Shown: positions 9,399-21,532 of the stretch, one piece after another | Layout of the letters: each line of letters opens with the position of its first letter | Position numbering within the stretch: the stretch's first letter is position 1 | Origin: an uncultured delta proteobacterium | Lineage (GTDB): Bacteria; Desulfobacterota; RBG-13-43-22 | Assembly (NCBI GenBank): GCA_963790475.1 | Contig: CAWBOS010000010.1 | Span: 1,696,001-1,760,000, forward strand | Direction of reading: 5' to 3' | DNA: 64,000 bases | Notes under the pieces: generated by a model | Seen by the model: only the letters and a program-made list of their open reading frames with translations | Databases searched by the model: none | What the model was told of the DNA's origin: nothing | Position numbers and translations under genes: made by a program

Positions 9399-10907
9399 TT
9401 AGATAAGCCCCTCCCAGACCTTCCGTTCCTGCTTAAAGGGATCCTCGCTAATCTTGACTTCGGTGCCCAGTAGCATAGTGCTCCTCTTTTTCTGATCGTA
9501 AGGCGCCCATCGAGGAATATTTTTGTGGGTCGGATTTCCGTTTCGGGCAAAAGAAGTCCAGGCATCCATTATCTTCCCGCTGAGAACATCGGTTTCCGCA
9601 CTTCTTTTGGGGTAGATCTTTCTCTCCTTTTCTCCCAGTGCGCCAAATACAAAAGGTATTTCCAGGGCATGGCAAGCCCCCAGGATTCCCCCCATAGCCG
9701 GGGATCGATAAGTAAACAAATAAGAAAATACCTGGGATTGATGCCTGCTTTGGGCTTCGACCAACCGTATCGCCGGAATCCGAAATCTAAAATCAGTCAT
9801 GACCGCATCCAGAATATTCAATGGATCAATCGGCAGTTTGCCTTCCCTGGCCCGGGAATACGTTTCAATCAGTTGTTTAGCCTGAGACTCGTCTTTTCCA
9901 AATATTCTTAGTATTCTGTGAACGGATTTCAGTAACCCATTTTCATCAAAACCTTTTGCCGGCGGACGCATGGCCGTATATAATTTGGCTTCATCCTGGT
10001 TGGTCCCGACGATCAGCGAGATATCCTTGGCCAGGCCCTTACCTACGGCTGCAAGAGGATGTTCCAATAAAGTTTTTCCGTCAACAAAGATACCATAGGG
10101 AAAATTTCTTCCTTTTTGCCGGGCCTCCAATTCCAGTCGAGTTCCGACATCGACAATCTTTCGGGTGGGTATTTTGCGCAAGACTTTGATATCGAATTCC
10201 TTCAATCCCAGTTCCGATAGGATTATTTCGGTGTTCTTTTCCGCTGGCGGGTGATGCACCAAAGGATGGCAGACACCGCTTTGGGCAATCACCCGGTGGA
10301 AAAGACCTTGAGCCGCGGGCATGGCCATCAAGGCACAGACAGCCACGCCCCCGGCGGATTCCCCAAAGATGGTCACATTATCCGGGTCCCCGCCGAAGGA
10401 TTCGATGTTGTCCCGGACCCATTCCAGGGCGGTGATTTGATCCGATTGACCCAAGTTCGCTATTTCATTTTTAACGTATAAATATCCGAAAATGCCCACC
10501 CGGTAATTAATGGTCACCACGACCACATCGTCGCGCCGGGCCAAAGCGGAACCGTCATCCCAGGCACCGCTGCCGAAGGAAAGGCCTCCGCCATGGATCC
10601 AAAACAGCACCGGACGCCGCCGCTTATCCGTTCCCGGAGTCCAGACGTTTAGGTTCAAACAATCCTTTTCACTCTGCTCCCACTCCGAATCGGGACCGAT
10701 GAAGGTATCTATCCTTTGCGGTGAAATCGGACCGTATTGGGTGCAGTCCAGAATTGGCTTCCAAGGTTCTTTAGGAATTGAGGGTTTAAAGCGCAATTCG
10801 CCGACCGGAGGTTCCGCAAAAGGGATCCCTTTAAATATTTTTATCCCGTTTTCGGAATAGCCCCGAATTTCTCCCGCTCTGGTTTCAACGACATTTTTTG
10901 GGTTCAT
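9399..10907 (-). CDS. Type-B carboxylesterase (PnbA-like)
   Basis: FKGIPFA.PP, WIHGGG, FGGDPDNVTIFGESAG, HALEIPFVF. Confidence 0.93.
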   Translation of the reverse strand: MNPKNVVETRAGEIRGYSENGIKIFKGIPFAEPPVGELRFKPSIPKEPWKPILDCTQYGPISPQRIDTFIGPDSEWEQSEKDCLNLNVWTPGTDKRRRPVLFWIHGGGLSFGSGAWDDGSALARRDDVVVVTINYRVGIFGYLYVKNEIANLGQSDQITALEWVRDNIESFGGDPDNVTIFGESAGGVAVCALMAMPAAQGLFHRVIAQSGVCHPLVHHPPAEKNTEIILSELGLKEFDIKVLRKIPTRKIVDVGTRLELEARQKGRNFPYGIFVDGKTLLEHPLAAVGKGLAKDISLIVGTNQDEAKLYTAMRPPAKGFDENGLLKSVHRILRIFGKDESQAKQLIETYSRAREGKLPIDPLNILDAVMTDFRFRIPAIRLVEAQSRHQSQVFSYLFTYRSPAMGGILGACHALEIPFVFGALGEKERKIYPKRSAETDVLSGKIMDAWTSFARNGNPTHKNIPRWAPYDQKKRSTMLLGTEVKISEDPFKQERKVWEGLI

Positions 10908-11327
10908 ACTTCCCTCATGTTTGGTTATCATTATGATGATTGAACTCACTTCTTGAAGGCTGGAGTATAAAATAAGAAAAAGACAGGATCAAGGAGAAAA
11001 GCAAACCAATGGGGCAGGATAGAAGGCATCCTTGCTAATTTTTCATTTAACCAGCTATCGTTAAGGTTAGAAGCAATAAACGGGTAAACTTGCCAAGTAA
11101 GTCTTATTGCCAATCCAATTTCCGATCGCCTACCACGGTAGCGAAACATTGCCCATGAAATTTTTCATTTGAATCTATCTCCTTCTTTTTTCTGCAAGGA
11201 CGGGAATAAAACCCATCCTTCATATAGGTGTTTTCCCATTTGGTTATTCCTATGGGGACTTCGTATAGGTACTTTCTGAGAATCCCACTTCATTTCCCGC
11301 TCCAATTTTTGCGAGCTCTTACCTAAA

Positions 11328-11725
11328 TCACTTAGAGCCGAGTTCTGCAATGAATGACCGTGTTAATTGGACAGTTCCATCTCCCTTTATGCCTATGCCC
11401 ATCACATTTTCATGCCAGGGAGAAAGCCCATAGGTGATGATTTTTCCATCTTGGACCACACCTCTACCGCTATAAATACCATCTGCAAGTCCGGGATGTA
11501 TTTTATACAATTCGGGCATGTTAAGCGGATCTGTATAAAAAGCGAATTTCTTTCCCCTTAGGACACCTGCTTCCGCTAAGACAATGCCGGAATAGGCGTT
11601 GGCGGCAACGGGTTTCCCCTCTGACAGAGCTTTCTTTACTAACGCAATTGCTTCCTGCGGCACCGGTGGCCCCGGCATCAATCCGGCAGCCATGTGCGCC
11701 AGGATGATACCCTTATAGTTGGTTA
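11328..11725 (-). pseudogene. DJ-1/PfpI-family protein, C-terminal fragment
   Basis: YKGIILAH...GKPVAA...LAEAGVLRGKK...GVVQDGKIIT; no intact N-terminus. Confidence 0.6.
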
Positions 11726-11772
11726 GAATTTGACAGTAAAATGGATTGGGAAATTATTTAGGAGAAAAAAAC

Positions 11773-11808
11773 AAGCCCCTATAAGGAGGTCTCCCTTTAT
11801 GGAGGCTT
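11773..11808 (-). terminator. Rho-independent terminator
   Basis: Imperfect stem AAGCCTCCATAAAGG/CCTTATAGGGGCTT followed by a T-tract on the minus strand. Confidence 0.55.
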
Positions 11809-11825
11809 CATATTGGAAATTTCTC

Positions 11826-11900
11826 AAACTTCCACCTCATATCCGCTCCAAAATAAGGGATCAGACTCTATCTGAATCCCATTTTCGTTCGCTTTGGCCA
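11826..11900 (-). pseudogene. N-terminal stub of an alpha/beta hydrolase
   Basis: GGAGG RBS then MAKANENGIQIE, after which similarity is lost. Confidence 0.35.
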
Positions 11901-12004
11901 TGATCATTACCTCCATTTAATGGTAAATGTCATCATTGAAAATCTCTAAACCTTCAATAATCGGGGATCGAAAAAATATAAGACTCGGATTTATTGCCGT
12001 TTCA

Positions 12005-12117
12005 CGGTGAATGATCTTTTCTAAATCGGCTACATGAGGAGGCTCGTCTTTCAAAACATTATCCCATACGATGTCACGATTGACGTCAAAGCAGCCATGA
12101 ATCAAACGATCTATCAA
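12005..12117 (-). pseudogene. HepT/DUF86 (HEPN) toxin, C-terminal remnant
   Basis: DRLIHGCFDVNRDIVW...DLEKII resembles the Rx4H(G)Y-D-V..IVW segment of DUF86. Confidence 0.6.
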
Positions 12118-12176
12118 AGCCCGGCCAGCTCTTCTTCGTTTCTCAACTTTTCGTCCTTCACAATTTGTCCTTTCCC

Positions 12177-13082
12177 CTACGCTTTTCCTTTCATATATTT
12201 ATTAACGAAATCACCTACTTTTTCAATACCTTCTTGCCCTTCCGGCGCCCACGCAGCAAAAGCATGAAACACGTGAATCATATCTTCAAAAATCTCTAAG
12301 GTGACATCAACTCCTGCTTCTTTTGCAAGTTGAGCAAGCCGAGTTGAATCGTCATAAAGAATCTCGGATGTTCCTACATGGATGAGGAGCGGAGGTAATC
12401 CCCGGAGGTCCGCAAAAAGAGGGGAAACCAAAGGATTCTTTCTGTCTTTTTCTTCAACGTATTGACTCACCATGAACTCCATGCCTTCCGGTGATACAAA
12501 TGGGTCCAATTCTGCTCTGGTTTTCAATGATTCACCAGACAAGGTAAAGTCTGTTGCAGGAGAAAGACACACTGCCGCAACTGGAAGAAGCGTTCCTTCA
12601 TCTCGAAGTTTGATAAGGATAGTTAGCGTCAGATTGCCTCCAGCAGAATCCCCGGCAATTATTAAATTCTCAGGTTTAATTCCTTGGGATAGAACCCATT
12701 TATAGGCAGAAATACAATCATTCAGTCCCGCTGGAAATGGGTGTTCCGGGGCAAGCCTGTAATCGACAATTAAAACCCGCGTTTTAGATGCCCTGGAAAT
12801 TCCAGCTACAAGGTTTCGATGTGTATTAATTGAACCTGCTATCCAACCTCCTCCGTGGAGGTATAAAATAACATTGCTTTCTACAGCACCTGGAGTGGAA
12901 ACCCATTCAGCCGGAACTCCCCCGGCATCTATCGGAACGCATTTCACATCGTCAGGAAGTCCCGCCATTGTAGCCATTTGCTCTAAACCGTCTCGCATAG
13001 CTTGTACGCTTAGTTCTTCTTGCTGGAATTCTTGAAATTGTTTCACTAAATTAATTACATTTTGCATTCCTTCACTAATCAT
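12177..13082 (-). CDS. HSL-family (alpha/beta hydrolase-3) esterase
   Basis: LHGGG, DYRLAPEHPFPA, GDSAGG, MIHVF. Confidence 0.93.
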   Translation of the reverse strand: MISEGMQNVINLVKQFQEFQQEELSVQAMRDGLEQMATMAGLPDDVKCVPIDAGGVPAEWVSTPGAVESNVILYLHGGGWIAGSINTHRNLVAGISRASKTRVLIVDYRLAPEHPFPAGLNDCISAYKWVLSQGIKPENLIIAGDSAGGNLTLTILIKLRDEGTLLPVAAVCLSPATDFTLSGESLKTRAELDPFVSPEGMEFMVSQYVEEKDRKNPLVSPLFADLRGLPPLLIHVGTSEILYDDSTRLAQLAKEAGVDVTLEIFEDMIHVFHAFAAWAPEGQEGIEKVGDFVNKYMKGKA

Positions 13083-13513
13083 CGGCTTATTCCTCCTTTT
13101 TCAACTTTGGAAAATAAGGACAGCACCTATTTTCCTAATGATCGAAAACATCATAGGAAAATATTGACTCTCGTTTTCAATTTTTTTTAAGAGAAAATCT
13201 TCCTAAGAAATACAATGAAAACTTTTTATGGAAAAAATGGATACCTGTTCAGCTATCACTTCAACCGGTTGTTTGGCCGTATAACTTACTTTAAAAAGCA
13301 ATTAAATGTTAACTTCACAGATACGGGTGAAAGGAAATCTTGGTTTGAACTGCATTTAAAATAAATAAATGAGGATGCGGTTCTGCTTTGTGCTGTGTGT
13401 GGTTCTTTGGTCTGTGTATATACCGGAAGATTCTGAAATGTCAAAAGTTTTTCCTGGGGAGGTCATAGGGGAAAAGCCAGGCCTCTGCTGATCAGCCGTT
13501 GTTTCGCTCCCCA

Positions 13514-16500
13514 TCAAAGCTTCCCCAAAATCTCCCGTGTCCTCTCCAGGTAATATTCCATTCCCATCTCCTGAAACATTCCTTCCGCCTCTTTCAGGTT
13601 TTCCAGGGCCTTTTCTTTTTCGCCCCCATCCAGGCAGAACTCGCCCAGGTACATGCGTCCCGGCGAATAGAAGGGTTTCAGTTCTTGGTCTTGTAGGATG
13701 GCCAATCCCTGAGAGAAACATTCTTCAGCCTTTTCAATCCGTCGTGGTTCCTTTTTGCCAAGCACTCTCCCGAGACCAACAAGTGCAAGGCCTTCCACTG
13801 CTTTTTCACCGTTCTTGCGAGAAAGGCTCAAGGCCTCTTCCATAACGGTTTTGGCATTTTCCAGATCGTTCAGGGCCAGGCCAATTTCACCCATAGTGTA
13901 ATGAGCAATGGAAATGGTTTGTACAACGCCAGTCTCAGCCCATATATGAAGCCCCTTTTCTGCCTTTTTTCTGCCGGTCTCGGGATCGCCAAGAAATGAA
14001 TGAACATGTCCGAGGAAACATAAGGCCATGGCTGCTCCCCAAGTAAACTTGGCTTCTTCACAATAGACAATTCCCTCCTCAAAGTGCTCCTTTGCGGATG
14101 TAAAGTCTCCTTTGGAGTAATAGAGCAAACCATAAAAAACCTGAGTTATTCCCAGAGTGGCCGGGTCACCGGTCAGCAAAGCATTAGAGAGGGCTTTCTC
14201 CATGAAGGCCTTTCCTTCTTCAAAACGCCCTAAGACGCCCAAGGCATCGCCGCAATATGAACAAATAAAAGAATATGGATTCAGAGATACAGTAAAGAAT
14301 TCGGATTCTCTTCCTTTTTTCTCGATAAGATGGATCACCTCGGGCATTTTATCAATGATCTTTTTATATTGGCCTAATGAATAGTAGGTAACACAAAGAG
14401 AAACACCAAGAGGGACCATCAAGTCAATATCCTGTGCCTTTAGGGTCTCTTCAAAACCCTCTTCCGTATACCTGATCGCTGTCAGATAATCCCCTGTTTG
14501 CGTGTAATAATTTCCCAACAAAGAATGGATTAATGCGAGACGTCTCGTGTCCCCCATCTCCTTTGCCAGCCCTTCGCCTTGCATAAGAAACCCGAAGGAA
14601 CCTTCCGGATATCCGAGAAGTGCCATCGGAGGTCTCATTAATAATATAATATCGATTATTTCTTTCTTCTTCTCATTGATTTCAGGTGGTCTGCTGAGAA
14701 AATTCACGGCCTCCTTATAGAAACCGTAAGCCTCCCAGAGGGCATGATTTCGAACCGCCTTTCCCCTAGATAACTTTAAGTATTGGCCACCCTTCTCAAT
14801 CTCTTCACTTTTGGAGTAATGATAGGCCAGGACTTCATAGAATTCTTCCAGGTTTCCGGCATAGATCTCCTCTATGGCACTTCCGATCCTCTTGTGGATC
14901 TCTTTGCGTCGGTTGGAGAGGAGGCTGTTGTAGGCCACTTCCTGGGTCAGAGCATGTTTGAAGACATATTCGAGCTCCGGGAAGAGGCTCTTTTCGTAGA
15001 TGAGCTCCAGTCCCTGGAGATTCAAAAGCTCGGACTTCAGGTCTTCCCTCAGGTCGCTGATGGCTTGTAGAATGCGGAAGGCGAACTCCCTGCCGATGAC
15101 CGAGGCCACTTGCATGATTCTTTTCAGGTTCTCCTCCAGCCGGTCCATCCGGGCGGCAATGATACCCTGGATGGTGTCAGGCACCTGGAGGTCTGAGGGC
15201 TTTTTGCTTAATATGAATTGATCTCCGCTTCTCTGGATTGATCCGTTCTCCAGTAGTGAGTGGGTCAACTCCTCCATGAATAGGGGATTGCCTGCGGCCC
15301 GGTTCAGGATAAGGCTGCTGAGTTCCGGGGCGGTTTCCCCCCTTCCAGGATGGCCCTGACCAGTTCGGCACTGGACTTCAGGGTGAGTTGATCCAGCCCA
15401 ATCCGGTTGAAGTAGGACTTGTTCCCCCAACTATGGGTGTATTCGGGACGGTAGAGCAAGACCAACATAACCTTCACATTGGCCAGCCAGCCGATGAGGT
15501 AGTCCAGGAACTCTTCGGAGGTCTTGTCGATCCAATGGAGATCTTCTATGACCAGTACCAGGGGACGTTCCTGGCTTTCCCTGATGAACAGATCTCGAAG
15601 GGCCTCAAAGACCTTTTCCCTTCTTTGTTTAGGTTCGAGCTTAAGGTAGCCCTCATCCTCCACCTTGAGAGAGAGGAGATCCTGAATCGGTGAGATGATC
15701 CCCTGAAGCTTCTCGTCAAGGCCTAAGATTCTTTCCCTGACCCGCTTGCGGATGACCATTTCCCGCTCACCTTCCCTGATTTCAAAAAAGGATCTCAGAA
15801 CGTCGAGGATGGGAAGATATGGCATGGCTCCCCCATAGTGGATGCAGTGGCCTTCCAGATAACCGAATTCTTCTTGAGGCAGTCGGTTTCTGAACTCAAA
15901 CAGGAGTCTCGATTTACCCACCCCGGCCTCTCCAACCATCCCCACTACCTGGCCGGTTCCGCTCTTTACCTTCTCGTAGGCCTCCATCAGGGCAGCCATG
16001 GAGTTCTTCCGACCCACAAACCGGGTAAGCCCCCTGGCCATAGACGCTTCCAGCCTGGTAGCTGCTCCCCCGGCCTTGACCAGCTCAAAGGCTTCCTGGG
16101 GCTCTTCCTTGCCTTTCACTTCCAATGGACCAATCGGTTTCAGATCGAAGTAGTCCTTGACCAGGCGGTGAGTGTCCCTGGAGAGAAGCACGGTCCCGGG
16201 CTGAGCCAGGCCCTCCATACGGGAGGCCAGATTGATGGTGTCCCCGATGGCCGTGTAATCCATGTGCAGATCGTCCCCGATGGAACCGACGACCACGGGA
16301 CCGGAGTTGAGGCCGATACGCATCTGAAATTCCCGGCCATAATCCTTCTTGATCTTCTCACTGTATTCGGCCAGGTCCTTCTGAATAGCCAGGGCCGCAT
16401 AACAGGCCCGCTGGGCATGGTCCTCATGGGCCAGGGGGGCACCGAACAGGGCCATGACCCCATCTCCGGTGAACTGGTTGATGGTCCCCTCATACTGGTG

Positions 16501-16878
16501 AATCTCATCCATCAGTATCCGCAGGCACCCCTCCATGATCTGGTGCACTTCCTCCGGTTCGAGTTTCTCCGATAATGAGGTGAAACCAGCCACATCGGCA
16601 AACATCACCGTGACCAGCTTGCGTTCGCCTTCCAGGGCACTTCGGGTGGTCAGGATCTTATCGGCTAAATGTTTAGGGGTGTAGGACTGGGGGTGGTCGT
16701 AGTTAATCGGGGAGGTTTCTTTGGGAGCTCGAAGATCTTGTCCGCAATCGCCACAGAACTCATCGTCGGGAAGGCATTCCGAGTTGCAATGCGGGCATAC
16801 TCTCAAAAATTTTGCCCCACACTTTCTGCAAAACTTTTTTGTTTCCGGGTTTTCAGTTTGACATTTGGGACAAATCAT
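13514..16878 (-). pseudogene. Double zinc ribbon - class III nucleotide cyclase - STAND/AAA ATPase - TPR protein with a single frameshift near 15340 (may be a sequencing error)
   Basis: Four CxxC motifs; FADVAGFT, GDGVMALFG, GDTINLASR; Walker A GEAGVGKS, Walker B VIEDLHW; AGNPLF and FKHALTQEVAY continue in the 13514-15430 ORF; G6 run where G7 restores the frame. Confidence 0.85.
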
Positions 16879-17001
16879 ATTGCATCCCTCCTACCCCAAA
16901 CCGGTCCACTGTGAAGACTCATCCTGCTTTGGCGATAGTCTTCCAATACTGTAAGCAGAAATGGTCAAGCCAGCCATAGGGATTCATTGTGACCTGGTAT
17001 A

Positions 17002-17886
17002 TTATGCTCCCATTACCTCTTGGACAATTTGGGCGAGATCCTGTGGCGGCAGCATGGGTTCAGGATTTTTACTGCCCAGTATGTTTTTAAGTCTCGCCTC
17101 AACATTATTACTGAAATCGTGTGGTAATATATAAAAACGTTCCTCTCTTATGGCCTCAACGACCTGCCGACCTATTTCTTTTGGATCCATACCCCGTTCA
17201 ATCCAAAGTCCATAGGCCTTTCTAAATAACTCTTCCTCCTTGGTTAACCCCGGAGGTGGCGGTACCGAATCGGGTCTAAGCCTCTCAGATGAATGCATGA
17301 TATCTGTATTGACAGGGCCGGGGCACAAAACACTTACTTTGACTTTGCTCGCTCTATTCTTAAGTTCAAGGTGCATGGATTCTGACAAGGCCACAACCGC
17401 GTGTTTGCTTACCCCATAGGAGACATTCCAGGCGTTCATAACTATTCCAGCCGCGGATGCAGTATTCACGATATGTGCTTCATCCTCCTGTTCAAGCATT
17501 ATTGGCATAAAGGTGTGGATGCCATTGATTACACCCATAAGATTGACCCCGAGAACCCACCTCCAGGCCTCTAAAGGCTCCTCCCAGCTACTGCGTGCAC
17601 CATAAGCAACACCGGCATTATTGCACAAAACATGAACTTTCCCGAAGGTATTATGTGCCTGTCTGGCCAGTTCCTCTACCTGTTCAGGATCAGAGACATC
17701 AGTGGGAATTCCAATTACATTAGCCCCAGAGTCCGTAAATGACTTCAAGGTGACATTAAGTCTATCTGCATCAATATCCGCTAAAACTGCTTTCATTCCT
17801 AATTTAACAAAATTTTCCACCATCCCCCGACCAATACCACTGGCCGCACCTGTCACTACAGCTACCCGGTCATTAAATTCTTTCAT
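17002..17886 (-). CDS. Short-chain dehydrogenase/reductase
   Basis: TGAASGIG, NNAG, YGVSK. Confidence 0.93.
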   Translation of the reverse strand: MKEFNDRVAVVTGAASGIGRGMVENFVKLGMKAVLADIDADRLNVTLKSFTDSGANVIGIPTDVSDPEQVEELARQAHNTFGKVHVLCNNAGVAYGARSSWEEPLEAWRWVLGVNLMGVINGIHTFMPIMLEQEDEAHIVNTASAAGIVMNAWNVSYGVSKHAVVALSESMHLELKNRASKVKVSVLCPGPVNTDIMHSSERLRPDSVPPPPGLTKEEELFRKAYGLWIERGMDPKEIGRQVVEAIREERFYILPHDFSNNVEARLKNILGSKNPEPMLPPQDLAQIVQEVMGA

Positions 17887-17940
17887 AAGGCCCCCTTTTT
17901 ATATTTTTTGTCAAAAGTTAATGAACTAAAGATTCCCGAT

Positions 17941-18084
17941 TCAGTTCCCCGGATTCCTAATTTTGTTCCAATTAAGAGCCATTAGTTTTCTCTGTTCAGG
18001 GAAGGCCACCTCAATCTCTCGACCGCACTCTTTGCAGAATTTGGTTGAGTCAGGAAGGTGTGTTTGACACTTGGGACACTGCAT
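17941..18084 (-). pseudogene. Zinc-ribbon stub of a second cyclase/STAND paralog
   Basis: MQCPKCQTHLPDSTKFCKECG after a GGAGG RBS, similar to the N-terminus at 16878. Confidence 0.6.
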
Positions 18085-18202
18085 CTTCTTGCCTCCTGTG
18101 GAGGTTAGACCGATTATCGGATGGCCATTATTAAGAGTCCTAAAATAAAATAAACATCAACTCATAAGATTCGTTGGAAAAATAAAAGACTCTAATACAA
18201 GC

Positions 18203-19134
18203 TCACTTCAGACCCGCTTTGTGCAATGAATCAATATAATCATCGAATTCCGATTGATCTGGATAGGCATAAGCCACTGCTTCTGCATAGTTATCCAATG
18301 TGAACTTTGGATTTATTCTGAGGACTTCGGGAACTTCTGCCCGGGCCTCCCTCCCTCTGTTCATCAGGATGTAGGTTGAGGCCAGACCAACATGAGCGAA
18401 AATGTTATCAGGACTCCGCAGGATGGCCTCCTATAGCAGGTACCCAAATTTAAAAAGGCACCGGCCGAACCGATGGGGTTGAGTCGGATTGCTTTTTGAA
18501 ACATAGGAATGGCTTCCTTCAACCGGCCTGCCTCTAACAAACTCAGGGCATAGAGCCCATTGGCTAATGCCCCGTTTGGATCAAGGGCTATAGCCCGTTC
18601 CCCTTCGGCAATTGCCTGGTCATACTCCCTTTTTTGGCTGTAAATAGAGCCCAACAAACTGTGGGCAAGGGATAGGGAATCATCTATCGCCAGGGCTTTT
18701 TGAGCCAATTCCATGGCCTTTTCTAAAGACTCCCGAGGGAGCTTCGTGGAGCCAGTAATTGCATCCATCCAGTAGACCCAACCCAAAAATAGATAACCAT
18801 ATGGATTCTCTGGCCACTTAGCCACAATCTCCTCTGCGATCCGCCGAGCCGTGTTGTTGTCCTCGATAGAAAAAAGTTGAAGGTAATGAGACGCTTCCAA
18901 TCCCTTCAAGTAGCAATCGAGACCTTGCTTCCCCCTGAAATATTTTTCGTCCGCTTGGGCTTGTTCCCCTTCGGTCAGTTTCACTTGCATGGCCATTAGG
19001 ATCTTCATCGTAACCTCATCCTGCAGGGCAAACAGGTCTTCCAGGTCACGATCGTAACGCTCGGCCCAAAGGTGATACCCGCTAAGGGCATCAATCAATT
19101 GGGCGGTAATCCGAACTCGGTCACCGGACTTCTG
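18203..19134 (-). pseudogene. C-terminal TolB-like/TPR part of an adenylate-cyclase-type regulator; 5'-truncated with an internal deletion
   Basis: QKSGDRVRITAQLIDA..HLWAERYDR; TPRs; frame change near 18430; ends ..VLRINPKFT..LHKAGLK. Confidence 0.75.
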
Positions 19135-21248
19135 GTCACTCCCTGGGCCAGCATCAGTTGGGCAACAGCCATGGTCAATCCATACTGAATCTTTTGAGCA
19201 TAATCGAGCGCCAGCTTTCCCTCATAAGACGCCTGATCGAGGTCTTTCCTGATAAAGGCGATACGAGCCAGATGGATATGGTAAAAAGCCCGCTCCCCAT
19301 TAGACAACTGTTCAACCCCGGACGACATCTTTCCCACCCACCCTTCGGCGCCTTTCAAATCCAGCCGGTCTATCAAGCCCATGGCCGCGTGGATATAAAA
19401 AAACCCATCAGCAAAATGGGCACCTGTTTCTCTTGAGATTTTCAGCCCTTCATTGACCGCCGCGATCATTTCCCGGTGTAGTCCGGGAAAAAGGGTGTAA
19501 TAGGCCTGAGCACTCCAAAAGATAATTGAACCGAACGGCTGGGCATAGGGGTAGCGCGATAATTGCCGCAGGCGGTCCAGCATAGGCAACGCCTCCTGCA
19601 CGCTGGTGTAGAACAGACGGTGAATGAATAGAGAAATTATCGCATGCACCTTGAAGGTAATAGTCGGCGGTAATTCCGCGATCTCCAAAGCGCGCCCGGC
19701 CCAGGTCTCGGCCTCCGGATGGGAGATATCCCCCATTACTGAAGCCGTGATCAGGCCGGCTATGACGGAAGCCTCCATTTCTTCATTAGGAAATTGCCCG
19801 ATAGGAGCCACAAGGTCAATTAGCACGTCATACCAGTGATCAAGGAGTTTATAATTATCATCACTCAAAAAAATGGCATTGACCATGCCCGAGGCCGCCA
19901 ATATGGCCCCGATAGTATCGCCCCCGGCCTGAAATCCGGCAAAGGTCTTCTCGAAGGTAAGCCGGGCCTGAGCCGGAGAAAAGGGCAGGATGCTCAATCC
20001 TTTCCAATAAGAAAGCCAGGGATTGGCCTCCAGCAGAGTTGCGGGCAGACTCTCCAGCCATTCCTGCAGAGGATGATGCCGGCCCTGTTTAAGCATATCC
20101 GGGGCGTGAACCAGCACCAGTCCCGCCAAGGCTTTCCAATCGCCAATCTCCCGCAGCAGGGAAACCGCGGCCTCGGTCTGGCCATCCTGCTCAAGGAGAA
20201 TGGCCGCCTGATGGAGCAAAGTCGATAGCGCTTCGGGGAAAAAAGTCTCCCGGGCGCGGGCCATCAGGAAATCCCTATACAAAGGATGAAACTGATAAAC
20301 AGGCTCAGTGGAATAATGCCTTTCGGTAAAGTAATTATTTCTGCTGAGTCTCGATAGAATCCTATCAGCATTAGAGAGGCCGGTAAGCTGTTCCGCTGCT
20401 TTTATGGTAATCTTAGGCAAAAAGGCGGTCTTGAGTAAAAAATCCTGGATCTCCTGATCTGTTTTATTGAAGAACTCATTCCCGAAATAATCGATGATCT
20501 CCTCCGGAGCCATCTTCCCAAACAAATGGGGCTCCACCCCCCTCTTCATGCTCTCCAGCATCAAGACCAGGCCGGCGACCCAGCCGTCGGCGGCCTGGTG
20601 CAATTGCCTGATGACGTCTTTTGAAGGGATCTCTTGGGCTTTCAAAGGCACAATCCCGCTCGTCTCCTCCAAGGTTAAACGGAGGTCATTCCAGCCGACC
20701 GTTTTCACCAATCCATTGATCCTCAACTTGACCAAGGCGGGTGGCAGGTCATGGCGGCTTATGATGAAGGCATTGATTCCGTCGGGTATCGCGCTGATCC
20801 CCTTATTGACCACCTCATGAAAATCGGATTCAGCCGGTACAGTCTGAAAATTATCCAGTACCAGGACGGAAGGCGGCTTAAGCCGGTTGAAAAGGTTCTC
20901 AAAGAACCTCAAGGTAAAGGTGGATATGCCTTGCAAGTATTCGGGGGTTAAAAGGGGCAGGGGTTTTCTTCTTTGAGGGGCTGCCTTCTTTGCCGCCAAC
21001 CCCAGGTAATTGAAAAAGGTAGCGAGATCCGCATCTCCTTCATCCACCTGGTACCAAAGGCAGGGAATCTTATAGGCTTCGAGGAAGCTGGCGACCAGAG
21101 TCGTCTTTCCGGAGCCGGCCGGGGCGGAAATCCAAGTCACCGGATATTTTCGTGTTTCATCAAGTAAGCCAAACAGCCTTTCCCTGGGGAAAACTCCCCG
21201 GATTCTCGGGCGCGTGATTTTGGCTAAGGGAGCGGGTCTCTCCGGCAT
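19095..21248 (-). pseudogene. MalT-like STAND ATPase regulator, C-terminally truncated
   Basis: PRERL, ISAPAGSGKTT, VLVLDNF, DLRLTLEE, GWVAGL, YQFHPLYRDFL; no C-terminal DNA-binding domain; runs into the TPR fragment. Confidence 0.8.
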
Positions 21249-21337
21249 GGTCTCTCCACGACTTGATATCTTTTTATTTCAAGTTACTCTGCCATAAACA
21301 TTATTATATTTGGGTGCCACATTTAATAAGAGAGTAC

Positions 21338-21370
21338 CGTTCGTCGTTTATCGTTCGGCGTTAGGCGAAC
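21338..21370. repeat. Heptamer tandem repeat
   Basis: CGTTCGT-CGTTTAT-CGTTCGG-CGTTAGG. Confidence 0.55.
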
Positions 21371-21429
21371 CCCAATTTTAATGTTTTGTGGTGCCCGCCA
21401 GAATCGGGTATGAGGGTTTAATAGGCCAA

Positions 21430-21464
21430 ACAAAAAAACCCCACTTCAAGTCAGAAGTGGGGTT
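21430..21464 (-). terminator. Rho-independent terminator
   Basis: 11-bp stem AACCCCACTTC/GAAGTGGGGTT followed by a T-run on the minus strand. Confidence 0.8.
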
Positions 21465-21532
21465 ATATTATTTCTCTCATGGTTTGCCTCCCCAATAGGG
21501 TCCAATTCAAGAAAACAACAACACTTGATTTT

